Shown piece after piece: positions 1 through 12,045 of a stretch of DNA of 64,000 bases. The first letter of the stretch is position 1. Each line of letters opens with the position of its first letter. Origin of the DNA: Raja brachyura (lineage: Eukaryota). Location of the stretch: contig OY740792.1 of assembly GCA_963514005.1 (NCBI GenBank), positions 36,084,001 to 36,148,000 of the forward strand, read 5' to 3'. Both the position numbers and the translations under genes were made by a program. A model generated the notes under the pieces. The model saw nothing but the letters and a program-made list of their open reading frames with translations. It was not told the origin of the DNA and did no database searches.

Positions 1-43
1 GACAAGTAATCTTTAGACTTTACTTTATATTTCAGAAATACAA

Positions 44-330
44 CACAGCGGTAGAGGTGCTACCTTACAGCGCAAGAGACCCGGGTTCGATCCCGACTAC
101 GGCTGCTGTCTGTACGGAGTTTTATGTTCTCCCCATGACCATGTGAGTTTTCTCTGGGTGCCCTGGTTTCCTCCCACACTCCAAAGACATACAGGTTTGT
201 AGATTCATTAGCACCAGTAAAATTGTAAATTGTCCCAAGTGTGTGTGGGATAATGTCAGTGTGTGGGGGTCGCTGGTCAACACGGTTCCAATGGGCCGAG
301 AGGTCTGTTTCCGCGCTGTATCTTATATAA
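44..330 (+). mobile_element. tRNA-derived V-SINE (HE1-like) copy
   Basis: tRNA-like head with A/B-box-like motifs (cagcggtagag...ggttcgatccc), central domain (gttctcccc..gggt..ggtttcctcccaca), CR1-like tail (gggccga..cctgtttccgcgctgtatct). Confidence 0.85.
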
Positions 331-892
331 AAAATTGAACTTGGCATCATGCTTGGCATGGACATTATGGGCCGAAGGGCCAGTTCCCGTACTGTGGAGC
401 TCTATGACTATATCTTCTTGGACTGATATTTAAAGACTCCAAAGGATAGGTTGGAGAGAATTATCTCAAAACATGAAGCTTGTACCATAGAATGGCAACG
501 GAAATCCATCCCATCTGGAAGAGTCTTACATTATTTGTCCCACTGTAAACATGTAGCTGTGAGTGTACAAACATCGACTCTGCTCAAGAACAAAGCTGTG
601 GAGAACTAATGTACATCTGTCCATCACCATTTGCAGTCAGGAAAATGAAACAGGATTTTGGTTTTTAATCTTCACATGCTTTTCACATTAGAGATGGCTT
701 TGCGGCAATACTGACACGACATCAACCACATCTTACAGACTCCAACCATGCACAATACCATTGCCACCGACTGCTTGAATTATGTATCATGTCTGAGACT
801 CATTGTAAAGCCCCAACTCCATCATATATATTTCATTGTAGTTTGACAACAGATACAGCCAATAACATAGACATAACCAGCTATACTGGATG

Positions 893-1850
893 GCCCATGA
901 TGCAGCGGGTAGAGCTGCTGCCTTAAAACGACAGAGATCCGGGTCCGATCCTCACTACGAGTGCCGTCTGTACGGAGTTTGTATATTCTCCCCATGACTG
1001 CGTGGGTTTTCAACGGGTGCTCTGGTTTCCTCCCACACTTCAAAACTTGCAAGTTTGTAGGTTAATTAGCCGATAAAAATTGTACATTGTCCATAGTGTG
1101 TTGGATAGTGCTAGTGTACAGGGAACACTGGTCGGCACAGACCTGGTGGGCCGAAGCGCCTGTTTCGTGCTGTATCTCTAAACTCAACTATACCCGGGTT
1201 CGATCCTGTCTACGTATCTGTGTGCTTTGCAAATTCTCTCTGTGACCGCGAGGGTTACCTCTGGGTGCTCCAGTTTTTTCTTTCACATCCCAAAGACGTG
1301 CGGGTTTGTAGGTTAATTAGCCCTCTGTAAATTGCCCCAAGCGTGTTGGGAGTGGATGAGCAACTGGGATAACATTGATCTAGTGTGATGGGGTGATCAA
1401 TGGTCGGCGTGGACTCGGTGGGCTGCAGGACCTGTTTCCACGCTGTATCTATCCAACAACAAATAATGATCAGCCATGATCACATTGAATGGCGGTGCTG
1501 GCTCGAAGGACCGAATGGCCTACTCCTGCAACTATTGTCTAAAAGGATGCAGGGACTTTGGCTGTGGCTCACAGCGGCAGCACAATGGCGCACAGGTAGA
1601 GTTGCTGCCTTACAGCGTCAGTGACTTCACCACGGGTGCTGGCAGTACAGAGTTTGCACGTTCTCCCTGTGACCACGTGGGTGTTCTCTGGGTGCCCTGG
1701 TTTCCTCCCACACTCCAAAGACGTACAGGTTTGTAGGTTAATTTGCACCTGCAAAATTGTAAATTGCTCCCTGTGTGTAGGGTAGTGCTAGTGTACAGGG
1801 TGATCGCTGGTCAGCACAGAAGGACCTGTTTCCACACTATCTCTAAAGTC
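893..1850 (+). mobile_element. Cluster of three HE1-like SINE copies (~893-1190, ~1195-1455, ~1577-1850)
   Basis: Same head/body/tail consensus three times, with a short CR1 3' end at ~1465-1530 between copies. Confidence 0.8.
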
Positions 1851-1861
1851 TAACGTCCATG

Positions 1862-2035
1862 GAGGAAGGAACTGCAGATGCTGGTTTACATGAAGATAGA
1901 CGCAAAGTGCTGGAGTAACTCAGCGGGTCAGGCAGCATCCCTGGGGAAAAGGAATAGGTCCCGACCCAAAACATCACCAATCCATGTTCTCCAGAGATGC
2001 TACCTAACCTGCTGAGTTGGACATTTTGTCTATCT
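1862..2035. mobile_element. Head-to-head inverted pair of Penelope-derived short units
   Basis: aggaactgcagatgctgg...ggagtaactcagcgggtcaggcagcatc followed by the reverse-complement arm cccgacccaaaacatcacc...agagatgct...ctgctgagtt. Confidence 0.7.
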
Positions 2036-2146
2036 AAAGTCACGTGGCCTGGAGCTTAGAGGCAGCAGCTCCACCAGCTGCACCAATCCAGACAGGTTTG
2101 TGTGGCATTAACAAAAGCTAGCAATGTGAAGTCAAGTGTCACCTAC

Positions 2147-2524
2147 CTGTCAGATTCCCCTTGGCATTGTACGATCCCCAGTAGGTGGATTCGGTGTTGG
2201 GAGTGTGGCATTCATATTCCCCGGCATCTCCCAGCTTGAGGTTGGTAATGTGCAGCTGGGCAGAGTCGCGGTCTATCCTCTCCACGTACACCTCCTTATT
2301 CTGCACCCTGTTCCCATACATCGTGTAGGGATAGTCAGGATCGTTGGTGCTGATGATCTGGATTTGTCGGGTCGGGGCAGAAGGCAGGTAGATCGACCAC
2401 TCGAAGTTCTGCTCCGTAGTTCCGGAATACCCGGATACGTTGCACCAAATGGTTGTGTGGTATCCTTCCGATCTGATCAGGGGTCCTTCCTGCATCTGCA
2501 CCTTCCTTTGAGCACTGCACAAAC
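2147..2524 (-). CDS. IGSF3: Internal coding exon of an EWI-family Ig-superfamily gene (first V-set Ig domain plus end of signal peptide), IGSF3-like
   Basis: Translation (G)LCSAQRKVQMQEGPLIRSEGYHTTIWCNVSGYSGTTEQNFEWSIYLPSAP...LHITNLKLGDAGEYECHTPNTESTYWGSYNAKGNLT matches IGSF3 domain 1 as I recall it (C..W..DAGEYEC V-set pattern; IWCNVSGY, QNFxWSIYLP, ECHTP). Acceptor tttaacag|G at 2525/2524; donor G|gtaggt at 2147/2146; 378 nt, phase 1-1 as typical of Ig exons. The paralogue CD101 cannot be fully excluded. Confidence 0.9.
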
Positions 2525-2893
2525 CTGTTAAATATGAAGTTAGATAAAGACATCAGTTTAGTTTCGTTTGGAGATACAGCATGGAAACAGGCTCTTCGGC
2601 CCATCGACTCCGAGCCGACCAGCGATCACCTGTTAACACTAGTTCTATGTCATCCCACTTTCTCATCCACTCCTAAACCCTAGGGGTGATTTACAGAGGC
2701 CAATTAAGGATTTGTTCTGGCATTTTCCCTCCCATCTACTTTCAGTCTGAAGAAGGGTTCAAACACAAAACGTCACCCATATTTTTCAACAGAGATGGTG
2801 CCTGACCCACTGAGTTATTCCAGCACTTTGTGTCTATCTACACCGTATAAAACAGCATCTGCAGTTCCTTTCTACACATTGTGTCTATCTGTA

Positions 2894-3406
2894 CCATATT
2901 TCCCAGCAATGAAGACGCACCTCCGTCGAAGACACACCCCCATTTGAGTTGCTAAATTTTGATAAAAGGCTGGCAGGACAGGATCAATGGTTTGGTTTGG
3001 TTTGGTCGGTAGAAAGGAGGATATGAAACACCTTCAAGGAGGCAATGAGGACCGGGGAGCCTCCATCAGAGAGAGAGAGAGAGCGAGAGAGAGCTGTATC
3101 GAAGGACACCATGGCTGGCTGGCGGGCCAGCAGAAGGCACTGAGGTGGCAGGCGGTTCCGCTGACGGGTCCCGGCAGCCACTCGCAGCCACCCGAGCTAC
3201 TGAGTGAGTTGCTGGCATGATCCCCAACCCCCTCTTTCTCAACTCTCCTGCCCTCCCCGCAACTGTCCTTTTACAGCCGCTGTACTGAGGGATAGCCAAG
3301 TCTATCTTTCTTGGCTAACAATCTAACCTTCGGCCTCCAAGACACAGGTAAATTTTCGGGCCTTATTTTAGGGTAAAGAATAGCGTATTAATTGCCGGGA
3401 AATAGG
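2894..3406. mobile_element. Non-autonomous Tc1/mariner-superfamily (pogo/Tc2-like) element
   Basis: TA at 2892-2893 and 3407-3408. Imperfect TIRs ccatatttcccagcaat / attgccgggaaatagg. Subterminal aagacgcacc-type motifs. Confidence 0.7.
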
Positions 3407-4934
3407 TAGTTTAGTTTAGAGATACAACATGGCAGCAGGCCCTACAACCCAACAAATCCATACCGACCATAAATCACCCGTTCACATTAGTACTAAGTTA
3501 TCCCATTTCCTCATCCACTCCCTGCACACTAGGGGGCAATTTACAGAAGGTCAATTAACCCGCGCATCTTCGTGATGTGGGAGGAAATCGTAGCACCCGG
3601 AGCAAACCCACACGGTCACAGGGAGAACGTGCAAACTCCACACACAGACAGCACCCGAGATCAGGATCGAACCTGGGTCTCTGGCGCTGTGAGGCAGCAG
3701 CTCCACCAGCCTCACCACAAAAAAGAGACACAAAAGTGCTGTAGTAACTCAGCGGGTCAGGCATCATCTCTGGAGAAAAATATGTTTGTGTTTGAACCCC
3801 TCTTCAGACTGAAGAACATGGATAGGTAATGTTTTGGGTCGGGACCCTTCAGATAGGGGAGATTAGTTTTATTTGGCATCATGTTCAGCATGGACATTGT
3901 GGGTCGAAGGGCCTGTTCCTGTGCTGTACTGTTCTACGCATCTGCTAGCACAAAACAATCTTTTTAATCAACTCCCAGCTCCTGATTAATCAGTTTAAGC
4001 TTGCTTCCACCCACATATTGTGCAGCATCTGTTGGCTCTCTCTCTTCCCCGTCTGCTTTGCGTAATGTAACAGCTTGCTTGATTACTCTCAGCCTGACAT
4101 TGAAAGGATCTCGGTCTCAATACATTAGCAAATCATTTTCACTCCTCTCCCCCAGATCTCATACTTTGCTGTATTTTTCGTTTCCAACTCAGATTCCCTA
4201 TTAATTCTGTTTCTTTCTTTATATTTTAGACTTTAAAGATACAGTGTAGAAACAGGCCCAGCAATCCACACCATCCAGTGATCACCCCGAACACTAGCAC
4301 TATCCTACACATTAGGGACAATTACAATTTGCAGAAACCAATAAACCTACAAACCTGCACGGCTTTGGAGTGTGGGAGGAAAACAAAGGGAAAACATACA
4401 AACTCTGTATAGACAGCACCTGTAATCAGAATTGAACCCAGGGTCTCTGGCGCTGAAAGGCAGCACCACTACCGCTGGGCCACCATGCTGCTCCCTTTCT
4501 TTGGAAAGTTTAAGATCCATAAAGGCAGTAAAAAGGAAAAATAAAAATTTGAAAAAGAGATTATAAACTGTCGAATGTAAAAAATGGGTGGAAATTGCAA
4601 CCTAGTTCCAGTTTGATGGTATATGTGGGCATAACGGTGAAGGCAGAGTATATTTAGATCAGTCTGAAGAAGGGTCTCCACCTGGAAACTCACCCATCCA
4701 TTTTCTCCAGACATGCTGCCTGACCTGCTGAGTTACTCCAGCACTGTGTCCTATTGTGCAAACCAGCTTCTGTAGTTGTTTGTATCTCTATATCTGCGGC
4801 CTAGTTGTCTTCCGCCTGACTGGTATATTTTCCAAAAATGTACTTTGTGCAGACTAAAAAATATATCCAAGACAAAAGCTGTGCAAGAACCCTTCACCCG
4901 TTCTCAGTGCCTTTACATTCAATTGTGTCACGAG

Positions 4935-5735
4935 CCGTGGTTTGCCAAGGCCTGCTGGATCTCCCAGCCGCTGCCCAACTCCTCTTCCCACTCCCTCACC
5001 GACCTTTCAGTCCTAGGCAATGGAGAAGGCTCGGGACAGAGAGTTCAGTGTGGGAATGTGAAGGGGAGTTGAAAGAGTTGGCAACCGGGAGATCTAGCAG
5101 GCCTTGGTGGACCGAGTGCCATGTGGCGGACCGAGCGGTCGTCCCGATATGGCTTCCTGTACATTGGCAGGACCAAACATAGACTGGGTGACCTTTTCGC
5201 TCGGTCCACCAAAGCCTTCGACTCATCGGGCCAGGCAGCACCTCTGGATAACATGGATAGGTGACGGTTCTGGTCAGGACCCTTCTTCAGGCTGATTGTT
5301 GGGTGGATGAGGGGGATTGGAAAACAAAGGTGGAAGAGTAATGACAGCGGGGGCGGGACAAACCCTGGCAAGCGATAAATGGTTACGGGGGAGCAGGGAC
5401 TTCTCACCCTCGAGGGAGAGCAGGTGTGCCAGGCATGTGCCCATTACATACAGCGGTGACGCTGTAGATGCAATGCTTGTAGGTTGATTGGCAGATGGAT
5501 GGCACGAGTGACAAAGGCTGGATGTGAAAAGGAGACAAAAGGGCATGATATAAGGAGAGAAGAAGAGGAGTGATTTGTAAAGATGGAGGGAGGAATATTG
5601 GTGGAAGATGTAGATGGATATAAACCGAAGTGGAGACACAAGGAACCCCAGAAGCTGGTTTATACCAAAAAAGACACAAAGTGCTGGAGTAACTCAGTGG
5701 GTCAGGCAGCATTCCTGGAGAACATGGATAATTTT
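4935..5735. mobile_element. Rearranged Penelope-like fragments (GIY-YIG coding pieces in both orientations plus pLTR tails)
   Basis: Pieces encoding DLPVANSFNSPSHSHTELSV and YIGRTKHRLGD occur on both strands; followed by a degenerate hammerhead unit at ~5225-5295. Confidence 0.7.
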
Positions 5736-8592
5736 AGGATTAGGTTTAGAGATGCAGCATGGAAACAGGCCCTTCGGCTCACCGAGTCTGCGCTGACCAT
5801 TGACCACCCGCTCACACTAGCTCTATGTTATCCCATTTTTGCATTCACTCCCTAAATACTAGGGACAATTTACAGAAGCCAATTAACATGTCTTTGAGAT
5901 GTGGGAGGAAACCGGAGCACCCGGAGAAAACCCACGCTGTCACAGGGAGAAGGTACAAACTTCGTGCAGACAGCACACGCAGTCTGTGGTCGAACCGGGG
6001 TATGTGGTGTTATGAGCCTAGTATCTTTGGTTACGAGGCAGCAACTCTGTCACGGCGTCACTGAGCCGCCCGATAGGTGATGTTTCAGGTCAGGGCCCTT
6101 TTTCAGAAACAGAAGTGGAGACGTTTTAGCAACAATTGGGCATAAAAAAGAATGGGCCTTTAATATGCTGGAAGCATTCAGGATTTGCTCAGGAAATCTG
6201 ACGGTCTGGAATTACTTGCTTGGAGAATGGGACTTCCCATCCTCGAGGGAGAGCAGGTGTGCCAGGCACGTGCCCATTACATACAGCGGTGACGCTGTAG
6301 ATGCAATGCTTGTAGGTCGGGAAACAGACGGACACAGAGCACAGTCACTACTCCGCCTGTCAGCAACACGCAACAGTTAGCTCTGTGATATTGCTCAGCG
6401 CTTTTGGCTTTTGTAGAGTTTAGTTTATTGTGAGGGTGACAATACAGAGGTATATGATTACAATCGAGCCATCCACAGTGTACAGATACATGATAAAGGG
6501 GATAACACGAATAATGTTTAGTGCGATAGAATCTAGTAAAATCCGATCAAAGATAGCCTGAAGGTTTCCAGTGAGGTGGATAGTAGTATCACCTCAGGAC
6601 AACTCTCTAAATTGTTGATAGGATGGTTCAGTTGCCTGATAACAGCTGGGAATAAAGAATCTGTCCCTGAATGCGAAGGTGTGTGTTTTCACAGAAGATG
6701 AAGAAGCATTCTCTTTCAGTTGTGACTGGGGTGTGACTTGTCCCTGATTATGCTGCTGGCTGGCCTTGCCGAGGCAGCGTGAGGTGCAGATGGTGTCAAT
6801 GGAGGGAGCTTGGTTTGTGTGATGGCCTGGGCTTTCCTGTTCTTCCAGGGATATCTGTACAAATGAGCAGTGAGCTTGCCATTGAATGTTATTCAAAGAA
6901 GTATCCTTTTCATAATTTGCTCACAGCCTGCAGGCAATTGGCAGATCTTCAACGCCGGCTAATTTATGCAAGGTTACAAATGTTGAACATCGTTTAAAAT
7001 GAGGTTAAATGTAGAGTGTACCGTTTATCGAGTCGTACAGCATGGAAACAGGCCCTTCATCCCAACTTGCACATGCTGACCAACATGCTCCATCAAAGTT
7101 ACTCCCATTTGCCCGATTTTGTCCCATATCATTAGTCGACCTACACTAGTCCAACCTGCGTGCATTTGGCCCATATCCATTTAAACCTATCCTATTCATG
7201 TACCTGTTCACATAAGGACTGTTAGAAGACAACTCCATTTTTGATGGCAAGCCCATTATAACCTTCACATTACACCAACCTATATGTAGAGACAAAGGAC
7301 TGCAGATTATAACCAAAGATAAACACAAAGTGCTGGAGTAACTCAGCAGGTCAGGCAGCATCTCTTATTGAATTCACCCATCCCACAAATATTCTCGACA
7401 CCCAAGCTCCCCAGATCTGCGTACCACTGAGGGAAGATGGCAGCAGGATTTTTTTAAAATTGGCTTTTGGCTCCCAGCTCAGGTTTTGAGCAGTGATAGT
7501 CCTTATCCCCCTGGCCTGGCTATTCAACTTCAAGCTTTGACTGGGTTCACAGCGTTACATTTGTATATGCCAGTGCTTTGACTTAATTCATGCCAACTTC
7601 GAACAGATGGTCTGCTTAAAAATAAAATATGCAAATGAGCCATCTTGCTCTAATGAACCTCTGTATTGCATCAACGTGAAGCTGCCCCCTGGAATTTATA
7701 CAAGTGATGGTTTGCACTCTGGTTTTTAACACTGTAACAAGCAAAAAATATTTTTGATGTTACACTGGAAACATTTTTCAAGCTCAAATGTTTGTAAAAT
7801 GTGTTTTTGAGTTTTAGAGATCCATGCCCACTGAATCCACGCCAACCATCATCCACACTAGTTCTATGTTTATCCCATTATCTCATTCACTCCCTACACA
7901 CAGACAGCCAATTAACCCACAAATCCACACATCTTTGTGATGTGGGAGGAAACGGGAGCACCTGGAGGACACCCATGTGGTCACGGAGAGCACGTACAAA
8001 CTCCACACAGACAGCAACCAAGGTCAGGATCGAAACTGGATCTTTGGCGCTGTGAGGCAGTGGCTCTTGCTGCTGTGCCACTGTGCTGCCCTAAATCTGT
8101 AATAATTTATTAGAACTGATCCGTCAAATAATATCAATTTTAGATTTTAGATTATTAGTCATGTGTAAACCTGAGTTTTATCTTGCAAACCATATTTACT
8201 AGAGGACATTGCTTTCATGTGAGGGATAAAGTTGACAGCAGATGCGCAGGGACATTTTTCTTTTACACAGAACGTAGTGAGTGCCTGGAACTCGCTGCGG
8301 GGGTTGGCAGTGGAGGCAAGTAGGATTGTGGCGTTTAAGAGGATTTTAGAGAGGCACATGGATATGCAGGGAATGGTGGGATATGGGTTATGTGCAGGTA
8401 GATACGTGATAGTCTTGGCTTCATGTTCGGCACAGACATTGTGAGCTGAAGAGCCCGTTTCTGTGCTGTAGACATTGTCCGTGCGTTATGATGTTTACAG
8501 GCCAGTTAAACATAGAAACATAGAAAATAGGTACAGGAGTAGGCCATTCGGCCCTTCGAGCCAGCGCTGTGGAATGTAAAAAAAAAGAAAAA

Positions 8593-9060
8593 AAATGGCG
8601 GGGCCCTATCCAGTCGCCGTTGTGGCAGCTCCGCGAAAATTGTGTGTATTTTTAACTTTTATGTGCCTTTTTAACTTATTTCTAAGTTCCAACTCCCTAG
8701 TACTAACGAAGTATGGCAGGGAAACCCTCTTAAACCTAAACTCTAGGGCAAACGGTGCTAGCTGCTACGGTCAGGCAAACGCCTCCGTTGCCGTGCTGTG
8801 AGAACAGAGAGGATGAGAAAGAGTTTCTTCCCAGAGGCCATTCGGACTGTAAACACCGATCTCACCAGGGACTAACTCTACAACAGTTACTGTACCACAA
8901 TACCGCCCACAATATTTAATATGAAAAAGAACATGTGATTCTGTTTGTAGTTTGTTGGTTGTTTGTTTGTTTTTTGCACAAAGTCTGCAGGCACTGCCAC
9001 TTTTCATTTCACTGCACATCCCGTATGTGTATGTGACGAATAAACTTGACTTGACTTGAT
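8593..9060 (+). mobile_element. Internally deleted Rex1/Babar-type LINE derivative (5' head fused to 3' tail)
   Basis: Head aaaatggcgg...encoding KYGRETLLNL is joined to a tail encoding RTERMRKSFFPEAIRTVN and ends aataaa(cttga)n. Confidence 0.55.
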
Positions 9061-9624
9061 GTCATTGTTCCATTTTTGGTACATAAGACAATTAAACACA
9101 CTTGACTGCTGATGAAACTACAAAGGGACAGGGAGAAGATAAATGAGAGAGCAAAACTCTGGCAAACGATGTATAATATGAGAAGTGGCTTCTGACTATC
9201 TGGAAACCCACAGCTGGAATGAGCGGGCGGGGCTTCACGAACTGCGCCGGCAGTGAGGAGAAGTTTCAGCGCGTGAGGCGCCGCTGACCCCGAGATCTGC
9301 AGAACACAGATTCTATAGCAGAGATGAGCTGTCTTTGTTCTGCAGAACTTTCTTGATCTTTCTGCGCCTTTTGAAGAACGGGGTGGATGGGTGGGCGAAC
9401 ATACCTAGTGGAAAACTGCACGTTACAGCAGCTGCATTAATCCACAGCGGCTAGGAGGCAGGTGGTCATGTGGGCATTGTGACGTCAGCAGCTCGCAAGT
9501 GGCGGTGGAGCCGCTTGAAAACATTTTGACGTTTTCTTGGGGAAAATGTTGGCGTTTTTCGAGGAGAGCTGGGCGTCAGCAGCTGTTATGGTGGCTGGCC
9601 AGCAGGATGCCACAAAATGAGTGA

Positions 9625-10330
9625 GTGGGGGGGGGGGGGGGGAGGATTTTATTTAAAAATGTGTACATAAAAATGTCTAAATGTAATGAGGAGTGCATTA
9701 GTGAATGTAAAAGTGTAATGTCTAGCGAAATGGAAAAAANNNNNNNNNNNNNNNNNNNNNNNNNNNNNNNNNNNNNNNNNNNNNNNNNNNNNNNNNNNNN
9801 NNNNNNNNNNNNNNNNNNNNNNNNNNNNNNNNNNNNNNNNNNNNNNNNNNNNNNNNNNNNNNNNNNNNNNNNNNNNNNNNNNNNNNNNCCCGAATATGCG
9901 GTGGGGGGGGGGGGGGGGGGGGAGGAGGAGAGGGGGGAGAGGGAGGGGGCAGGCGTGATGCCGAGAGCCTGCGGGTCAGGCGTAGGCCATTGAGATGCTG
10001 CGTACGCCGTCGAGACGCTGCGTACGCCCGTAGAGACGTTGCATACGCCCTCAATGCGCCTGTGGCCCGACAGGCCATTGACGCGCTGGCTCTGTCATGC
10101 TGGCTGGGGGGGGGGGGGTGGGAAGAATTTTATTTTAAAAATGTGTACATAAAAATGTCTAAATGTAATGAGTGGATTAGTGAATGTAAAAGTGTAATGT
10201 CTAGCGAAATGGAAAAATTTTTGGAGTTTTAGCGTGTGGTTTTGGCGGACCAAGGAATCAAAGGCCAAAGATCTGACACACATAAACACACACGAGTTTT
10301 AAAAGTATATAGATAGATATAGATATAGAT
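9625..10330 (-). mobile_element. Possible Helitron-type element remnant spanning the gap
   Basis: Minus strand begins atctatatctatatctatctatatacttttaaaactc, resembling the TCTATAT...AAAA 5' end of the Helitron at 51899. No 3' CTAG/hairpin identified. Confidence 0.4.
9740..9888. other. Assembly gap (149 N)
   Basis: Run of N; the ~110 bp before the gap is repeated at ~10105-10218. Confidence 0.99.
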
Positions 10331-11249
10331 TATAGTACCTGCCCCAACTACCTCCTCTGGCAGCTCGTTCCATATACCTGCCATGCTCTGAGTGAAGAGG
10401 TTGCCTCTCAGGTTCCTTATATATTTTGCCCCTCTCACCTTAAACATGTGACCTCTGCTTCTCGATTTCCCTGCTCTGGGTAAGAAGCATAATGAGCTAA
10501 ATGATGAGAAACGGCAGAGATTTGCGAGATCTGTGTTTCATAGTACACGATTTGCAAAAGGCTCGTTTGCAGGTAATTAGAAAAGCCATTACAGCACTAA
10601 TTAGGAAAGACAACATGTTATGTTTATGGCTTGAGGAGGTGAATACAAAAGTATGAAGGCAATGCTTCAGTTATATCGACCGCTGACGAGACCAAAGATT
10701 TTCAGAGCACAAAAGTAGTCTGAAGAAGGGTCCAGACCAGAAAAGTCACCCATCATTTTCTCCAGGGATGCTGCCCGACTCGCAGAATTGCTCTAGCACT
10801 CTAGTTCTTTATTTCTATTCTTTTAGCTTAGCTTTGTTTACAAATACTGCACAGAAACAGGCCCTTTTGCCCAACTCGCCCATGCGGACCAAGATGCCCC
10901 ATCTAACCGAATCCCATTTGCCCACATTCAACCCATATCCCTTTAAAGTTTTCCTAAACATAGATCGCACAAAAATAAGTTTGCAAACATATTTAACAGT
11001 AAATAATCTTTTAATACTCACTGTTAATAGAACACGAAACAGTACTGCACAAGAACAGGCCCTTCAACCACAACGTTTAGTTTAGTTTATTGTTACGTGT
11101 ACCGAGGTTCAGTGAAAAGCTTTTGTTGCATGCAAACCAGTCAGTGGAAAGACAATACATGATTACAATTCAGTTGGCCGAGCATGATTAACTTAGTCCA
11201 TATTCCTCATGCGACAATAAATGAAACTAAACATATACAAATATATGGG

Positions 11250-12010
11250 GGATTACACAAAAAGCTGGAGAACTCAGCGGGTGCAGCAGCATCTAAGGAG
11301 CGAAGGAGATGGGCGACGTTTCGGGTCGAGACCCTTCTTCAGACTGGTCAGGGATCAGGGAAACGAGAGATATAAACAGTGATGTGGAGAGATAAAGAAC
11401 AATGAATGAAAGATATGCAAAAAAGTATTGGTGATAAAGGAAACAGGGCATTGTAAGCTGTTTGTGGTGTGAAAATGAGAAGCTAGTGCGACTGGGGGGG
11501 GATGGAGAAGGAATGTCAGGGCCCGAGGGCGGAGGGAGAGGTGGGGAGGAGGCAGTCTGGGTTAGCAGAATTGAGAAAATTCAATGTTTAAGCCCAGAGG
11601 ATGCAGACTCCCCAAGCGGAATATGAGGTGCTGTTCCTCCAACTTGCGATGTTGCTCACTCTGGCTGTGGAGGAGGCCCAGGACCGAGAGGTCGGATACG
11701 GAGTGGGAGGGGGAGTTGAAGTGCTGAGCCACCGGGAGGTCGGGTTGGTTATTGCGGACCGAGCGGAGGTGTTCGGCGAAACGATCGCCCAGCCTCCGCT
11801 TGGTCTCACCGATTTAGATCAGCTGGCATCTGGAGCAACGGATGCATTAGATGAGGTTGGAGGAGGTGCAGGTGAACCTCTGTCGGACTTGGAATGACTG
11901 CTTGGGTCCCTGAAAGGAGTGGATGGGGGAGGTGAAGGGACAAGTGTAGCATCTCTTGCGGTTGCAAGGGAAAGTGCCCGGGGAAGGAGTGGAGCGGGAG
12001 GGAAGGGAAG
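11250..12010 (-). mobile_element. Penelope-like element 3' part: GIY-YIG endonuclease ORF end, pyrimidine-rich spacer and hammerhead-bearing pLTR
   Basis: Manual translation of ~11987 to 11562: PSPGTFPCNRKRCYTCPF...RFTCTSSNLI*CIRCSRCQLI*IGETKRRLGDRFAEHLRSV...PVAQHFNSPSH...RKLEEQHLIFRLGSLHPLGLNIEF. This is the Cys-rich GIY-YIG signature of PLEs. The frame is not in the ORF track. Confidence 0.92.
11315..11342 (-). ncRNA. Minimal hammerhead ribozyme motif in the Penelope pLTR
   Basis: Minus strand CUGAAGA-A-GGGUC-UC-GACCC-GAAA-CG-UC: CUGANGA and GAAA core boxes, hairpin stem II, palindromic ACGU mini stem III, GUC cleavage triplet. Confidence 0.7.
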
Positions 12011-12045
12011 AATTGACAAGGGAAATACAAATATATACAAATATA

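Noticed and set aside
44-120. tRNA genes at SINE heads
   Set aside because: Only A/B-box-like similarity, always continuous with the SINE body; no complete cloverleaf.
2136-2531. 131-aa plus-strand ORF
   Set aside because: Antisense shadow of the IGSF3-like exon.
9625-10218. Biological tandem duplication across the gap
   Set aside because: Flanks an N-run and poly-G tracts; may be an assembly or haplotype overlap, so it cannot be interpreted.
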